Virus record (IMG/VR): IMGVR_UViG_3300029740_000003
Coordinates: 1 to 18,144 of that record
Strand: one strand, 5' to 3'
Source of the DNA: a virus
Lineage: Duplodnaviria; Heunggongvirae; Uroviricota; Caudoviricetes
DNA length: 18,144 nt
Part shown: positions 16,850 to 18,144 of the stretch, piece after piece
How the letters are laid out: every line of letters begins with the position of its first letter
How positions within the stretch are numbered: position 1 is the stretch's first letter
Translations under genes and position numbers: made by a program
The notes under the pieces: generated by a model
Told to the model about the DNA's origin: nothing
The model's input: the letters and a program-made list of their open reading frames with translations, nothing else
The model's database searches: none

Positions 16850-17120
16850 AGCAAAAGCATTTTTCCTATATTTTTTGCTTTTTCAAATTTTTTAAAATTT
16901 GAGCCCATATATATTATGTATTAGTTATGTATGTTATGTATATTTATGGGGATGCCTGAAAGCCCTTGTGGCAGTAAGGCTGAGAGACTGTTCTTATATT
17001 CAAATTGTGAACTTTTCATATTCAAATTGTGAACTTTCATATCTAAATCATAAACTTTTATATTCAAATCATAAGTCAAAAATAGGCAAAAAATGTTTTT
17101 CCATACTCAAATTGTGAACA
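16850..17120. other. Plasmid replication origin (AT-rich unwinding region plus iterons)
   Basis: Very AT-rich non-coding block with TTATGTA repeats (16914, 16925, 16934), a palindrome TCAAATTT-TTTA-AAATTTGA (16883-16902) and an iteron array, directly upstream of a rep gene. Confidence 0.8.
16996..17120 (+). repeat. Iteron array: five copies of ATATTCAAATTGTGAACT-like direct repeats
   Basis: Copies start at 16996 (ATATTCAAATTGTGAACT), 17018 (identical), 17039 (ATATCTAAATCATAAACT), 17060 (ATATTCAAATCATAAGTC) and 17103 (ATACTCAAATTGTGAACA); spacings are 22, 21, 21 and 43 bp. Confidence 0.85.
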
Positions 17121-17131
17121 ATAGGGTGCTG

Positions 17132-17161
17132 TAGACAGTGTTGTTGAAAACCTCATAAAAT
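17132..17161 (+). promoter_or_regulatory. Putative repA promoter
   Basis: TAGACA (17132-17137), 18 bp, then TAAAAT (17156-17161), immediately downstream of the last iteron. Confidence 0.4.
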
Positions 17162-17180
17162 ACAGCCCACAGCCTACAAT

Positions 17181-17226
17181 AAAGAAAAAAGAGAACCCCT
17201 CTGCAATAGGCAGAACAGGGGGGTTC
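17181..17226 (-). terminator. Terminator-like hairpin in the repA leader, with its U-tract on the antisense strand
   Basis: Minus strand GAACCCCCCTGTTCTGC-CTATT-GCAGAGGGGTTC followed by TCTTTTTTCTTT. Confidence 0.55.
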
Positions 17227-17257
17227 GCTAAAAACCAGAGTAAAAGGAAGTGGTTTC

Positions 17258-18144
17258 ATGTCCAATGATACACCAGCCGTCAACAAAAAAGACATCAGCT
17301 ATTCCCCTAGCCTCATGTCGCAGATTGCCATGTTCCCTCTCAAGAACCCCGGTGACGTCCGATTCGTGGAAAGGACGAACGGATGCGTGTCCGTGGCGGT
17401 AATGCAATCGATGTGGGGTTGGACATATGGGAAGATACCCCGCCTATTTCTGATTTATACTCGTTCTTTGGTGCAAACAGGCTCCGACAAAGTGAATATG
17501 GAGCACCATATCGTCAAGATAGATAAGTCTTTCCACTTATTCTGTGAACAGGTTGGATTGGCGGCTGGAACCAGTGTCAAAGATGTCGAACAGTCTCTTC
17601 TTTGCTTATCCGGAACGACTTTCACGATTTCCCTAATCGGCAAAAGTCCTAATGGGAGACATTTCATAGAGGGGCGTAACCTACGTCTTGTGAGTCAATT
17701 CCATCTGCGTTTCAATAACTCCAAGTTCGACTATCCGGGTTTTAAAGATGATGGAGACCCGTCTTCTTATATCCAGTTCTCTGAGGAGATGTGGAGTATG
17801 TTCACTGACAATCCGGTGCCGTTGAACAAGAGAATCACCTTCGAGCTTGGCAAGTCGGCTAGAGCATTGGATATCTACCAGTGGCTTGCCTATAGAGCTT
17901 ATGGGTTGAAGAAGCCTTTGTTTGTTCCATGGCAGTCTCTCAAGGCTCAATTCGACATATCGGATACGCCCATGTATTCATTTAAACAAAAGTTCAGTAG
18001 AGCCTTAAACAAGGTATGTAAGGCTTGGCCTGAAATCAAAGTCATATGCGGGAAAAACGGGCTAACCTTATACCCCTGCAAGAGTTCTCTGGACTCCGAG
18101 GAACCAGTCCAAAAGACTCCCCAACCGGTGAAGCCAAGGCAGGT
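17258..18144 (+). CDS. repA: Plasmid replication initiator protein, RepA_C (IncW RepA-like) family; 3' end lies beyond the window
   Basis: Translated by hand: an ORF from the ATG at 17258 (SD AAAGGAAG) open to the window end. MSNDTPAVNKKDISYSPSLMSQIAMFPLKNPG..ERTNG..YGKIPRLFL..IQFSEEMW..NPVPLN..LGKSARALDIYQWLAYR..VPWQSLKAQF..FKQKFSRALNKV..WP..GLTLYP matches the characteristic RepA_C motifs. It lies next to the iterons and is absent from the ORF track because it has no stop in the window. Confidence 0.88.
   Translation, partial: MSNDTPAVNKKDISYSPSLMSQIAMFPLKNPGDVRFVERTNGCVSVAVMQSMWGWTYGKIPRLFLIYTRSLVQTGSDKVNMEHHIVKIDKSFHLFCEQVGLAAGTSVKDVEQSLLCLSGTTFTISLIGKSPNGRHFIEGRNLRLVSQFHLRFNNSKFDYPGFKDDGDPSSYIQFSEEMWSMFTDNPVPLNKRITFELGKSARALDIYQWLAYRAYGLKKPLFVPWQSLKAQFDISDTPMYSFKQKFSRALNKVCKAWPEIKVICGKNGLTLYPCKSSLDSEEPVQKTPQPVKPRQ

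Noticed and set aside
16620..17000. DnaA boxes near the origin
   Set aside because: No convincing TTATCCACA-like match was found by eye.
16996..17120. Direct repeats as a possible CRISPR array
   Set aside because: The units are nearly contiguous (21-22 bp period) with no unique spacers and no cas genes, and they sit beside a rep gene, so they are iterons.
16899..17950. Track ORFs 16899..17117 (+), 17107..17295, 17455..17667 and 17681..17950 (-)
   Set aside because: They run through the origin repeats or are antisense to repA and have no translation signals.

Overview
This 18.1 kb window looks like part of a large actinobacterial (Bifidobacterium-like) plasmid or other extrachromosomal element; the host and replicon type are inferred. 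From left to right it holds: a short minus-strand ORF; a DinJ/RelB-YafQ toxin-antitoxin pair with a clear promoter; a bidirectional terminator; two giant sortase-anchored surface proteins on the minus strand (about 2600 aa with an SdrD-B-like domain plus nine FctA/Spy0128-type isopeptide repeats, and 1338 aa with four ~200-aa repeats plus cadherin-like domains), both ending in the identical sorting octapeptide LAQTGVNT; a 481-aa orphan with an N-terminal NPxQPRxxxGQWT motif; a translationally coupled, phage-like four-gene operon that includes a tandem RusA-like protein with complementary degenerate active sites; and an iteron-type origin with an AT-rich region. The origin is followed by a RepA_C (IncW-RepA-like) initiator gene that runs off the window end and is missing from the ORF track. 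The most notable items are the tandem RusA-like fusion, the helically phased iteron array, an antisense-oriented terminator in the repA leader (possible counter-transcript RNA), and a G9 tract forming one arm of a hairpin upstream of the giant adhesin. All family assignments come from motif recognition by eye; no searches were run.
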